Under the pieces are notes generated by a model. That model was not told the DNA's origin and made no database searches. It was given only the letters and a program-made list of their open reading frames with translations. The position numbers were made by a program, and so were the translations under genes. Of a stretch of 64,000 nt of DNA, positions 38,146 through 48,453 are shown in pieces; position 1 is the first letter of the stretch, and every line of letters starts with the position of its first letter. Origin of the DNA: an uncultured Candidatus Saccharibacteria bacterium (lineage in GTDB: Bacteria; Patescibacteriota; Dojkabacteria; SC72); assembly GCA_964621195.1 (NCBI GenBank), contig CAZULJ010000001.1, positions 97,200-161,199 on the forward strand. The letters are read 5' to 3'.

Positions 38146-39072
38146 ATGGTGCTATTTGATACAGTCACAAAAAGATATAAGGATGATATAACTGCTCTTG
38201 AGGATGTAAATTTTCAAATAGAAGAGGGAGAATTCTGTTTTGTTGTAGGGCCATCAGGTGCTGGTAAATCAACCATAATGAGACTTTTAATTAGAGAAGA
38301 GGTTCCAACCTCTGGCAGTATCTTTTTCAGAGATATTGAAGTTCCCAAATTAACAAGAAGACTACTTCCAGCATATAGGCAGAAGTTAGGTATAGTATTT
38401 CAAGATATAAAATTACTACCGAGTAAAACTTTAGACGAAAATATTGCATTTGCACTCGAGATCTTAGATAAAAGCCCCAAGGAAATAATAGATACTACGG
38501 ACTATTTACTTGATCTTGTAGGACTAAGAGATAGAAGGAAGCTATTCCCAAATGAGTTATCAGGTGGTGAACAACAAAGGGGAGCAATAGCCAGAGCTCT
38601 TGCTAACAAACCAGACCTATTTATCGCAGATGAACCTACTGGTAACCTAGATATTGTTAATGCAAACCAAATCCTTGAGATATTAAAAACAATAAACAAG
38701 TCTGGTACAACTGTTATGGTAATATCCCACGATCTAAACCTTGTAAATGATTCCAAAGGAAGAACTATACGTATAGTTAATGGTAAACTTGAATCAGATA
38801 CAAAGGGATTACAGCCTAAAAAAGAAGTTGAAATTGAGAAAAAAGAAGAAGTTAAGGAAGAAATTAAAACAGAAGAGACTCTTGATGATGAATTCAAAGG
38901 ATTAAGCGATTCTTTAAAAAACAAATTTAAGAAATTTGCAATAAAGAGTCCTGAGATACTGCTGAATATAACAACAGGAGATCTTAAAAATATGAAATTA
39001 AGTAAAAATGAGCATAAAGAACTAGAGAATTTTGTAAAAAATTATTTAAGTAACTCTAATAAACATGCTTAA
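38146..39072 (+). CDS. ftsE: Cell division ABC ATPase FtsE with C-terminal extension
   Basis: GPSGAGKST, LSGGEQQR, ADEPTGNLD; adjacent to ftsX. Confidence 0.9.
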   Translation: MVLFDTVTKRYKDDITALEDVNFQIEEGEFCFVVGPSGAGKSTIMRLLIREEVPTSGSIFFRDIEVPKLTRRLLPAYRQKLGIVFQDIKLLPSKTLDENIAFALEILDKSPKEIIDTTDYLLDLVGLRDRRKLFPNELSGGEQQRGAIARALANKPDLFIADEPTGNLDIVNANQILEILKTINKSGTTVMVISHDLNLVNDSKGRTIRIVNGKLESDTKGLQPKKEVEIEKKEEVKEEIKTEETLDDEFKGLSDSLKNKFKKFAIKSPEILLNITTGDLKNMKLSKNEHKELENFVKNYLSNSNKHA

Positions 39073-39997
39073 TGCCTCAAGAATCTTCAAGGTAACAACT
39101 ACAAACGTAAAAAGAAATAAATGGTTAACAATATCTACCATATTTGTTTCTGCAATAGTATTTACACTCTCTTCTGTGTTTATCTCTATGTCTATACTTA
39201 CACAAAAGGCTGTAGACTACTATGAACAGAAGGCTCAGGTAATAGTATTTTTTAAGAAGGGTACATCTGAAACAGACATTCTTACCTTTAGAGATACAAT
39301 CTATAATGCCGAGTTGATTGAACAAATAGACTATGTATCACAAGAGCAAGCATTGGATATCTACAAAGAAGATTTTGCAGATAATCCTGATCTAATCTCT
39401 ACAGTGACTGCAGATTCACTTCCTGCAAGTTTAGAAATAAGGGCTAAGAGTATAGATGCCCTACTCCAAGTTATTGAAGATATAAATAAGGCGAAAGAAA
39501 CCAATGCCTCTGTCGATGAAGTTATGTATTTCAGAGATGTAGTCGAAAATATGAGATCCCTTTCAAGACTTATAAACATAGGATCTATTGTGTTAATAAC
39601 AGCAATGGGTATCGTCACGATTTCTTTAATAAGAGTAACTATTGGCTTTAATATAAAACTTCATCAGGAAGAGATCCAAATTATGCATTTAGTAGGTAGT
39701 TCAGATCGTTTTATCAGAACCCCATTCATTCTTGAAGGCACCTTCTATGGATTCATCGGAGGATTAATCTCTTCAATATTGATACTTCTACCTTGGTACT
39801 CAGTTATCTACTACACAAAAGGTACAGATTTCTCATTCTGGGTAGATCAACTCTTTACAGATTTTAGTATGCCTTTCCTTGTAAGATTTGACTTCCTTTT
39901 CATACTAGTTTACCTTTTAATACATATACTAATAGGTTCACTTATTGGTCTTCTTAGTAGCTATAGTGCTGTAAGAAAATATTTAAGGGAATATTAA
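39065..39997 (+). CDS. ftsX: Cell division permease FtsX
   Basis: LPASLEI, EIQIMHLVGSSDRFIRTPFILEG. Confidence 0.92.
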   Translation: MLNASRIFKVTTTNVKRNKWLTISTIFVSAIVFTLSSVFISMSILTQKAVDYYEQKAQVIVFFKKGTSETDILTFRDTIYNAELIEQIDYVSQEQALDIYKEDFADNPDLISTVTADSLPASLEIRAKSIDALLQVIEDINKAKETNASVDEVMYFRDVVENMRSLSRLINIGSIVLITAMGIVTISLIRVTIGFNIKLHQEEIQIMHLVGSSDRFIRTPFILEGTFYGFIGGLISSILILLPWYSVIYYTKGTDFSFWVDQLFTDFSMPFLVRFDFLFILVYLLIHILIGSLIGLLSSYSAVRKYLREY

Positions 39998-41305
39998 ATG
40001 AAAAAAGTATTTTTTGTATTAACAATTTGTATATTCTTTATAACCCTAGTTATGGCTCCTTTTGCTAGCTCCGTTCAAGCAACCGATGCTTGTCCAGAAT
40101 CTATGCCAATACAGGAGAGATATCTTTGCTTACAAAAAGAGCTTGAGAAGCTAGAGGGTAATCAGGGTTCCCTCCAAAAGAAACTAAAGGATGAAGACTA
40201 TCAGCAACTCTCCCTTAAAGAAAAAATCTCATACATCAGTACACAGATAGCACAGACTGAAAATGTTATAGATACACTACATATGGAGATATTAACACAG
40301 GATTTAGAGATAAACTTCTTAACTAAAGAAATACAGGAGAAAGAAGATAGTCTAAGTATCCTTAAGCAAGAGATTAATACATTACAAGAGACAGTAAATA
40401 AACGTGTTACAGAGTCATATAAATATTCATACGTTGGGGCATTGGAGTTGATAATGGATGTAAAGAATATTGATACAATATTAAGAAAAACAAAATATCT
40501 AATAGAAACAAGAGCAAAGGACAAGAGTTCTCTCGAAGAGTATGGACAAAAGAAACAGGAGATTGAGCGAGACGAACTACTTTTGGCAGAGAAAAAGGCC
40601 GAATTACAATTAAAGAGAAATGACATAGAGGAAGAAAAAGATCAGCTAGTTGAAGAAAAGAAAAATTTGGATGTACAGAAAGCAGAAAAAGATAAACTTC
40701 TTGCAGAATCACAAAGAAGAGAGAATGAATACAAGGCTCAATTACAGGTGGTAACACAGGCGATATCAGAGGCTGACAATATGATTTCGGAGTTGGTAAT
40801 AGAGCTGTTTAATCAAGGTCTTTTAGGTAATGGTACAAGAGTTGTGGCAGGTCAAACAATTGGATATCAAGGCCATACAGGATGTTCATATGGATCACAT
40901 TTGCATTTCGATATTAGGAATGCCAGCAATGTAAGGTTAAACCCCTTCCCTACATACCTAACATATAGCGGTGGATATGTACTTAGTAACAAATATCTTT
41001 CACCAATGAGAAGTGCATACCTAACACAGGGATATCATTCAGGCCACTTAGCAATTGATATGGTAAGTTTGGCAGATGGGAATCAAAATCTAGAGAAGTA
41101 TACAGTACCTAGAGGCTTATGCCCTATTGTAGATTCCTTAATTGATCGATATGGTAATCAAGCATACTTAACAGGAGAGGGTGCACCTATTAAAGCAATA
41201 TCTTCTGGTAAAGTATATTACGGGATAGAATCAAAATGGGGTGGTAAGTATGCCCTAGTGGTACATGACGATGGCTTTAAATCCTTCTATCTCCACATTA
41301 GATAA
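39998..41305 (+). CDS. Coiled-coil murein hydrolase/activator with permuted M23 domain (EnvC-like position)
   Basis: Signal peptide, long coiled coil, GHTGCSYGSHLHFD followed by HLAID...FYLH. Confidence 0.85.
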   Translation: MKKVFFVLTICIFFITLVMAPFASSVQATDACPESMPIQERYLCLQKELEKLEGNQGSLQKKLKDEDYQQLSLKEKISYISTQIAQTENVIDTLHMEILTQDLEINFLTKEIQEKEDSLSILKQEINTLQETVNKRVTESYKYSYVGALELIMDVKNIDTILRKTKYLIETRAKDKSSLEEYGQKKQEIERDELLLAEKKAELQLKRNDIEEEKDQLVEEKKNLDVQKAEKDKLLAESQRRENEYKAQLQVVTQAISEADNMISELVIELFNQGLLGNGTRVVAGQTIGYQGHTGCSYGSHLHFDIRNASNVRLNPFPTYLTYSGGYVLSNKYLSPMRSAYLTQGYHSGHLAIDMVSLADGNQNLEKYTVPRGLCPIVDSLIDRYGNQAYLTGEGAPIKAISSGKVYYGIESKWGGKYALVVHDDGFKSFYLHIR

Positions 41306-41388
41306 TTCTTTGCTAATTAGTAAACTTTCTGCTAAACTTTTTTTAGTTTAAACTATAAGTTTACTTTTAATTTTTCAAGATATGCCTA

Positions 41389-42210
41389 ATGGCAAAAGCA
41401 AAAGATAAAAAATCAACACAACCAGAGGTAGTTTCTAAGCCAAAGAAGGAAACTACAACCAAACCAAGTATCAAGATAAAGTTTTCTAAACCCAATCTTG
41501 AAAATTACAAGGGTCTTGTCAAACCTGCTCTTACTGTACTTGTAGTATTAGTATCATTTGTTCTAGTTGATCTTTTAGTTCAATACCTTAACAATGACTA
41601 CAGCGTAGCTGTTGTAAATGGAGTAAGAATTACAAAGAGTGAATATCATGAGAAATTAGAAAAACTGTATGGTGAATCCACTGCAAAACAGTTAATAGAT
41701 CAGGAAATTGTAAAACAGGAAGCATTGAAAGCAGATGTAACAGCAACAGAGGAGGAAGTTCAAGAGAGATTAGACGACATTATTACAAGTATTGGTGGAC
41801 AGGAATCATATGAAGCTGCATTAGTTGCAAACAATCTTACAGAAGAAGATCTTAAGGTTCAGATAGAAGAAGATATTGTAACAAAGAAACTTCTTGAACC
41901 AACAATCGAGTATTCAGATGAAGATGTAAAAGCATTCTTTGATCAATATAGTGCTGTAATCTTCCCAAATGAGACAGCAGCTCTAGAAGAGGGAGAGAAG
42001 CTAGATTACGAGCTATACAAAGAAGAAACTACAGATATCTTCCTTCAGCAAGAGGTAGAGAAAGAGAAATATACATGGATTGATGGACTATATTCAGAGT
42101 ATAAGATTCAAGATAATACAGTTGAAAAACCAAAATATGGAATATTAACAACAACAATAAATATCTTTAAGAATCTATTCTCCGATATGAATAGTAATGA
42201 AACAGAGTAA
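41389..42210 (+). CDS. SurA N-terminal/PrsA-like foldase without an evident PPIase domain
   Basis: VAVVNGVRIT, QLIDQEIVKQEA. Confidence 0.8.
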   Translation: MAKAKDKKSTQPEVVSKPKKETTTKPSIKIKFSKPNLENYKGLVKPALTVLVVLVSFVLVDLLVQYLNNDYSVAVVNGVRITKSEYHEKLEKLYGESTAKQLIDQEIVKQEALKADVTATEEEVQERLDDIITSIGGQESYEAALVANNLTEEDLKVQIEEDIVTKKLLEPTIEYSDEDVKAFFDQYSAVIFPNETAALEEGEKLDYELYKEETTDIFLQQEVEKEKYTWIDGLYSEYKIQDNTVEKPKYGILTTTINIFKNLFSDMNSNETE

Positions 42211-42234
42211 GATATATAAATATCTATATATAAA

Positions 42235-42262
42235 GAGGGGGCTTTTTAGCCCCCTTCTCATT
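42235..42262. terminator. Probable intrinsic terminator between convergent genes
   Basis: AGGGGGCT-TTTT-AGCCCCCT hairpin. Confidence 0.7.
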
Positions 42263-42267
42263 TTATA

Positions 42268-42858
42268 TTACAAAGTACTATCTGCAGGCTCTACTAAACC
42301 ATAATCACCACCATCTCTTTTGTAAAGCATTGATATCTTTCCTGTTTTTTTACTTCTGAATAATAATTGGTCATAACCCAGTAACTCCATTTTCTCAATT
42401 GCTTCTCCCTCCTCTAAAGGACTCATATCCTCAATTTTCTTTCTTACTGAAATACTAGGTACATAGTCAGAATAGTCATCCATCATCTCTACTGGGGTAT
42501 TGTTTAAATTATCAGCCTCCAACACCTTCCAAGGTGTAGCGCCTTCCCAATATGATCTTCTATCGATATATCTTTTTAATCTCCTAGCTAGGGTATCCGA
42601 TGCCTCATCAATATTTGCATACATATCAGGCCCTGTAACCTCTACTCTAACTGTAGAATTTGGCAATGATACATTTATATCTATTCTGAAGTCATGATCA
42701 ACACCCTTTCTGTTTACAAACTCTTTTAGAAAAACCTCTAAATCTACAGCCTCCGCAAAGAGATGGGCATGTTTTCCAATCTTTTCTAGTACATACTTTT
42801 TAATTGGCTCTGTGGGTTCCATCCCTACAAAATTTATCTTGACCTCTTCTAGATTCAT
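42268..42858 (-). CDS. Ribosome hibernation factor (long HPF/RaiA)
   Basis: DMYANIDEA...LARRLKRY; C-terminal EAIEKMELLGYD...LYKRDGGDYGLVEP. Confidence 0.92.
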   Translation of the reverse strand: MNLEEVKINFVGMEPTEPIKKYVLEKIGKHAHLFAEAVDLEVFLKEFVNRKGVDHDFRIDINVSLPNSTVRVEVTGPDMYANIDEASDTLARRLKRYIDRRSYWEGATPWKVLEADNLNNTPVEMMDDYSDYVPSISVRKKIEDMSPLEEGEAIEKMELLGYDQLLFRSKKTGKISMLYKRDGGDYGLVEPADSTL

Positions 42859-42914
42859 ATATTCGAGGATTACAATTTATATATATAAATATCTTACCCC
42901 AAAACAAATACTTT

Positions 42915-43430
42915 ATGAAATTAAAAGATCTTGATATAATATCCTATAATATTTTGCAACAACATATGGGAGACCCAATAGATAGTATTTTTAAAAATCC
43001 AGAAGAATATGTTTTAATAACTGATATGGATCAAATTGTCGGTGTCTATCCAGAGCTATTCGAACATGCAACTGCAAATCCCTCACCATACTTCCAAACA
43101 GACGCTCTAGAATGTGAAGTAGAAGTATACAAAGGGCAGAATAGAAGAAGACCAAGATATATACTTTTTAACTCCGGTATAGTATCACTAGATACCTTGG
43201 GTAAAAGAAATGTCTGAGATATAGATTTTCACTCACCAGAATGGGAGGTTTTACTTTTAAGATTAGATGCTGAAGTTAGAGATAGAGTTAACGGACATGA
43301 AAGTGGATTAACGCCAGATATTGAAACAGACTCTGGAGGATATTCACTAAGAATATTCCCCTACTATGACCAAGAAGCGTCCAGAATTGTAATTTTCGAA
43401 CTAGATACTAAGTATCAAGAGATCCAATAA
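42915..43430 (+). pseudogene. Hypothetical gene interrupted by one in-frame TGA (43215-43217)
   Basis: The same frame stays open for 70 more sense codons (DIDFHSPEWEVLLLR...YQEIQ) to TAA at 43428-43430. Confidence 0.6.
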
Positions 43431-43485
43431 TTGTTCTTGCAGAATGTAATCTCTGTAGATATAATAGTTCTGTTACTATTGATAT

Positions 43486-43560
43486 TCCGCGATAGCTCAA
43501 TGGTAGAGCGAACGGCTGTTAACCGTTTGGTTCCAGGTTCGAGTCCTGGTCGCGGAGCCA
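43486..43560 (+). tRNA. tRNA-Asn(GTT)
   Basis: AACGG-CT-GTT-AA-CCGTT anticodon arm, encoded CCA. Confidence 0.95.
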
Positions 43561-43690
43561 GTATAAAAATATTTTCCATTAAAGAAATGATTAATCAATC
43601 TTAATAGATTGATCAATTTTTCATAATCAAAATACCAGAAATCATTGATTAATCTTTTAAGAATGTACCAGTTAGAACAAGAGAATTTTT

Positions 43691-43749
43691 CGTAGGTGGG
43701 AGTAATATGAGGATCTTTTTTGTTGTAGAACACTCTACTCCCACCTACG
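43691..43749. repeat. Perfect 14-bp inverted repeat with 31-nt spacer
   Basis: CGTAGGTGGGAGTA (43691-43704) / TACTCCCACCTACG (43736-43749). Confidence 0.9.
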
Positions 43750-43801
43750 CCGGATGAACGCCGGAATATTTGGTTAAATTAGTCCAGACCTACTTCAGCA
43801 T

Positions 43802-44377
43802 ATGCTTGGAGATTTTAGAGATCTTACAGATCAAACAGAAGAAAAAACTGCTACAAGGTCAATTGTTTTAGATAGTTTCAAAATATATATTGAGGCCAAA
43901 AATGAGGAAACCGGAGAGCTGGACGAAAGTGCAATTACAGAACCCTTTGCTAGAGTTTTCGTTCCAACCTTTGACCAATCCATAACAGAATCATATGAAC
44001 GAAGAAGACCTAGATTAGGTCCACAAGATCCCGCATACATACCCTTATGGGTATTAACAAGCTTTAAACCAGATGAAAACAAAATGGATGCAAAGAAACA
44101 CTATGGAGAATCTCCAGAAGTTGATCCCCTCTTAGATGGTGAGAGTGTACAGGTCTCCGATGAAGGAATTAAATCTGTAGCACAAATTCTCGCCGATACA
44201 CTTGTAATATACGAGATGATCGATATAGATACTGGTGGAATTAATCCACGGGTGGGACTTTTAGGTGCTAATAGAGCTGATTTAAAAAAGAACAATCCAA
44301 ACGCACTTCGAGTATTAGACACTTTCATTGATAAAATAATGCAAAGAAAAAAGAATAATCCTCCCTCTCCTCAATAA
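43802..44377 (+). CDS. Hypothetical protein
   Basis: 191-aa ORF with no recognisable motif. Confidence 0.65.
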   Translation: MLGDFRDLTDQTEEKTATRSIVLDSFKIYIEAKNEETGELDESAITEPFARVFVPTFDQSITESYERRRPRLGPQDPAYIPLWVLTSFKPDENKMDAKKHYGESPEVDPLLDGESVQVSDEGIKSVAQILADTLVIYEMIDIDTGGINPRVGLLGANRADLKKNNPNALRVLDTFIDKIMQRKKNNPPSPQ

Positions 44378-44396
44378 GAACCTAAACAAAGAACCA

Positions 44397-45423
44397 ATGT
44401 CAAAGAAATATAAAGATGATGGAAAGAAAATAGAGAAAAGTATTGCATATATAATAATGTCATTTCTTTTTTTTGTTGGATTTTTCCTTGGTATTTTAGT
44501 AAAAGTACTCTTCCCAACAGAATATACCGAGCAATACAGACAAACAAGAAGTGGAGGATATGAATATATAAATCCACTTGTAGATTTTGAAAGTATTGAA
44601 TCTGCGAAAGTAGGAGAACTTTTTGCACTACAAAAGGAACTCGATGAGTATGTATCTAATACAACTGAGGATTACAATGCTACAAAAGTTTCTCACATTT
44701 CAATATATTACAAAGATCTAAACTCCGGTGGTTGGATAGGTGTAAATGAGAATGAAAAATTTTCTCCCGCAAGTCTACTGAAGTTACCCATTATGATAGC
44801 GACATACAAATTAGCGGAGATAGACCCCACAATACTAACTACGGAAGTAGAATTTAGGAGGAAGGAAGAAAGAATTTATCAAATTGTAGAACCAGAGGAG
44901 ACACTAATTGAAGGACAAATATATACAATTGATACATATATAGAAAGACTTATAAAGTATTCTGATAACAATGCAATAGAGCCTATACTCTCCTCTCTTG
45001 AATATACTGAATTGGCTAATGTTTACAAAGATCTTGGAATTCCAAATCCGTACGAAACAGAAGCAGAAGATGTTATGACCGTTAAAGATTACGCTTTTTT
45101 CTTTAGAATCCTTTACAATGCTTCATATTTAAATAAAGATATGTCTACAAAAGCACTAAAACTACTAGCCGAAACAAACTATAACAATGGAATAACTGCA
45201 GGAGTACCAAGCAATATAAAAGTTGCAAACAAGTTTGGAGAGAGAGAATTATTTTGATAAAGAAAATGAGGAAAAGAGACAACTCCACGATTGTGGAATT
45301 GTATACCACCCAGGTAAACCATATATCCTTTGTGTAATGACTAAAGGTGAAAATTTCGAAGATCTACGAACAGTTATAAGTTCTATATCCAAGAGAATTT
45401 ATAATAACGTAAATGGTGATTAA
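44397..45423 (+). pseudogene. Class A beta-lactamase-like serine hydrolase, frameshifted near a (GA)5 tract
   Basis: SPASLLK (SxxK), YSDN and NKFG in the first ORF; LHDCGIVYHPGKPYILCVMT in the +1 frame (45223-45423). Confidence 0.8.
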
Positions 45424-45477
45424 TACCTTGAAAGTTCTGGTATAATTGCTTGCAATAATATAGAAGGATAACTCCTA

Positions 45478-46434
45478 GTGAAAAAATATCTCTCCTTGAT
45501 AATAACAACAACGGTATTAATCCTTTTTGGATTCTATATATACAAAAATCCCGAAATAATTAATACCGTCCTAAGTGTGAGCCCCCTATTTATCATATTA
45601 ATAATGCTTTTATTCCTAGGCCTATTTTTCATAGAGGGAATATTTATCAAAGCAACTCTGAAGGTCTTTGAAAAAGATATAGACTTAAGAGAAGCGTATT
45701 ATCTATCCAGCATATCAAGAATAGGTAATTTCTTACTCCCCCTAAGAGCCGGAGCTGTTTTTAGAGCAACCTACTTAAAGAATAAACATAATTTTGATTA
45801 TACGAAGTTTCTATCAACACTCTATACCTACTATATATTACTATTCCTATTAAATTCCGTAATCGCATTACTCGCAATACTAATCAAGTACTTAGAGAGT
45901 GGGGAAAGCTATACTCTTGTTACACTTTTTTTTATCGGAATATTTCTCTCCATGCTCTTCTTAATACTAGCCAGGAAACCAATTGAGATAGGAAGTTTTA
46001 CCTTACCTAAAATTGTAGTTAAAGTCCAAAATCTTCTCTCACAATTTATTACCTCATGGGATAAGATAGTAAGAAGCAAAGAACTATTCAAAACGCTCTT
46101 CTATCTCACAATGGGAAATATTTTTATATCTGCAGTTATACATTACCTTGAATTTATATCGCTAGGAATAGAAACAACAGTAACAGATATCGTATTGTAT
46201 ACATGCCTATCGGGAGTATCTCTATTGATTAGCATTACTCCAGGTTCAATAGGACTAAGAGAGGGAGTATTTGTACTTACTTCGGAATCAATAGGGATTA
46301 ATCAACAACAAATTATGGAGTTAGCACTTCTAGACAGAGGAATAATGTTTGTATTACTACTTTTAATACTTTTGTTTATAACCCTTTTTGTTAAAAGCTT
46401 TAAATTAAAAGATATTTTCTTTGCAAAAGCTTAG
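45478..46434 (+). CDS. Lysylphosphatidylglycerol synthase TM / flippase-like (UPF0104) protein
   Basis: GNFLLPLRAG...RATYLK, ITPGSIGLREG, LLDR. Confidence 0.82.
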   Translation: MKKYLSLIITTTVLILFGFYIYKNPEIINTVLSVSPLFIILIMLLFLGLFFIEGIFIKATLKVFEKDIDLREAYYLSSISRIGNFLLPLRAGAVFRATYLKNKHNFDYTKFLSTLYTYYILLFLLNSVIALLAILIKYLESGESYTLVTLFFIGIFLSMLFLILARKPIEIGSFTLPKIVVKVQNLLSQFITSWDKIVRSKELFKTLFYLTMGNIFISAVIHYLEFISLGIETTVTDIVLYTCLSGVSLLISITPGSIGLREGVFVLTSESIGINQQQIMELALLDRGIMFVLLLLILLFITLFVKSFKLKDIFFAKA

Positions 46435-47767
46435 ATTAAATATACACAAAGTGATAATTGGAATTTGTATAGGAATATTCCTACTTTTTACTGTATACAT
46501 GGCATTCAACGTCAAGATGGGTATATCATCAGACTCCTGGTACCATCTAAAAGTCTCACAAGAGTATGCGAAGACATTGGGTATACCCGAGAACAATCCA
46601 GACACATATCAATGGAGAGATATCTCTCATATTCCATACCTGTATTTCTGGATCAATGGAAGGATATTAAACTTAAATTCCATCCTTTTGAACATTAATG
46701 AGGCTATCCTTCTAAGAATAATCAGCATCCTCTACTCCCTCCTTACTGTAATAGGTGTATATCTCTTGTCAAAAGAGTTTCTCAAGGGAAAGATTCTTCA
46801 AACATTACCAACAGTAATACTTACAAATACCCTTATGTTTCTTTTTCTTTCAAGTTCAATAAATTACGATAACTTGGGAAATCTTTTTGCAGTATTTAGT
46901 ATTTATTTCTTTATAAAAAGTATAAAAAACAGAGGCGAAAATATCTTTCCAATCCTTATGATTCTTACACTGTGCTTAGGAGTTTTAACTAAGTATACTT
47001 TAACACCACTAGCATTCATTCTTGTCCTGTTACTTTCCATTGATATATGGAAAAACCGAAATACTTGGAAATTGAATATAGGTAGAAAAGAATTGCTATT
47101 ACTTATTCCTACAATCATATTAATAGCTCTAAACATCCAGCTCTACGGTACGAATCTATACAAATACAAAGAATTAACTCCTAGCTGCGAAAAGGTATTA
47201 ACCTATGAACAATGTCTTTCAAACGGAGTATTTTATAGAGATGAAATTACTATTCCTTCTGTTGATGTAGATCTATTTAGAATGATTAAGCAGGGAGAAA
47301 GAGTTGATCCAATCTCATACAGCATAATATGGACATGGTTAATGACAAAGAAAATAGTGGGTATTATGGGAGACAGCAGTTTCTATCATTCAATACCAGT
47401 AATAACAATATTTTTTCTTTTCTATGTCGGGACTTTTCTATATGGGGTTTTTAATATAAAAAAATACACGCCGATAGAGAGATACCTACTAGGAATACTC
47501 TTCCTCTATGGATTAATTCTAATGATTGTACAAAATTACGATATGTATCTCAAAAAAGGATATCCTGATTTAGCACTACAAGGTAGATACATATTTCCAG
47601 TTATCGCACCCTTGTATATCTCTTTAGTGATGACTTGGGCAAAGATTAAGAACAAGAGAGTAAGAAATATTGTAGTAATTTCAATATTAATCCTACTAAT
47701 TGCACTCTCTATACCATACTTTTTACTCAACATTGATAACCAATGGCTTGGAGTTATCTCTTACTAA
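46421..47767 (+). CDS. GT-C (ArnT/PMT-like) membrane glycosyltransferase
   Basis: Polytopic; SSDSWYH, INYDNL, LTKYT, QGRYIFP. Confidence 0.72.
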   Translation: MQKLRLNIHKVIIGICIGIFLLFTVYMAFNVKMGISSDSWYHLKVSQEYAKTLGIPENNPDTYQWRDISHIPYLYFWINGRILNLNSILLNINEAILLRIISILYSLLTVIGVYLLSKEFLKGKILQTLPTVILTNTLMFLFLSSSINYDNLGNLFAVFSIYFFIKSIKNRGENIFPILMILTLCLGVLTKYTLTPLAFILVLLLSIDIWKNRNTWKLNIGRKELLLLIPTIILIALNIQLYGTNLYKYKELTPSCEKVLTYEQCLSNGVFYRDEITIPSVDVDLFRMIKQGERVDPISYSIIWTWLMTKKIVGIMGDSSFYHSIPVITIFFLFYVGTFLYGVFNIKKYTPIERYLLGILFLYGLILMIVQNYDMYLKKGYPDLALQGRYIFPVIAPLYISLVMTWAKIKNKRVRNIVVISILILLIALSIPYFLLNIDNQWLGVISY

Positions 47768-48453
47768 ATAGCTCTTTCCAAGATACGCAGGACACCCTCT
47801 AGGTTCTGCAAATACAAAATACCATCTAAACCCATATATCCTCCCTCTTCTACCTTACCATCTCTCCATACAGACTGACGAAGAATATGAAGATTTCTCT
47901 TGTTGTAATCAACAATTGCTCTAATGAATTCTTTTGGATCAAATTGCCCCGTTTCTATATACCATTGAGCATATGTAGGGATATCCCTATTCTTACTCCC
48001 ATCTATTTGCCAAGGAATAAATATTGTTGGGAAAGTACCTGCCCTATTCTTCTTTCTTAATCCTTTACTAGAATTGTTGATAGTAACATCTAGGAATCTA
48101 GTTTCCCCAAAACCTGAAAGCTTGAAATCTTGCCCCCATACATCCTCGTCAGCAGATGCTGGAGTACATTTCAAACAAAGTGATAGGCAAGCTTCCATGA
48201 AAAAGACTTCGGCAAGAATACCTCTTGAAACTTCATTTACCTCTCTTGGATCTTCAATTTCATCTAGTTCCTCAAATTCCCTCTTTGTATCCAGAAAACA
48301 CTCCTCATACCATTCGTATCTTGAACCTTGTTCTAATCTGTAATCAATAAGTGCACATGCTCGTGCCCTCAATTCTTCCCATCTCTGCTGATATGGTGCT
48401 TGCTCTTCTTCGTATACTGGTGTTCGTAAGAGAGTAGTATCAGTTTTTAGCAA
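47764..48453 (-). CDS. Hypothetical protein
   Basis: 229-aa ORF; acidic pattern E..DEDVWGQDF..LDVT. Confidence 0.65.
   Translation of the reverse strand: MLKTDTTLLRTPVYEEEQAPYQQRWEELRARACALIDYRLEQGSRYEWYEECFLDTKREFEELDEIEDPREVNEVSRGILAEVFFMEACLSLCLKCTPASADEDVWGQDFKLSGFGETRFLDVTINNSSKGLRKKNRAGTFPTIFIPWQIDGSKNRDIPTYAQWYIETGQFDPKEFIRAIVDYNKRNLHILRQSVWRDGKVEEGGYMGLDGILYLQNLEGVLRILERAI

Noticed and set aside
42915-43430. Alternative genetic code (UGA = Gly or Trp) suggested by the in-frame TGA
   Set aside because: Long conserved genes have no internal TGA, TGA ends several genes with ATGA overlaps, and RF2 is present.
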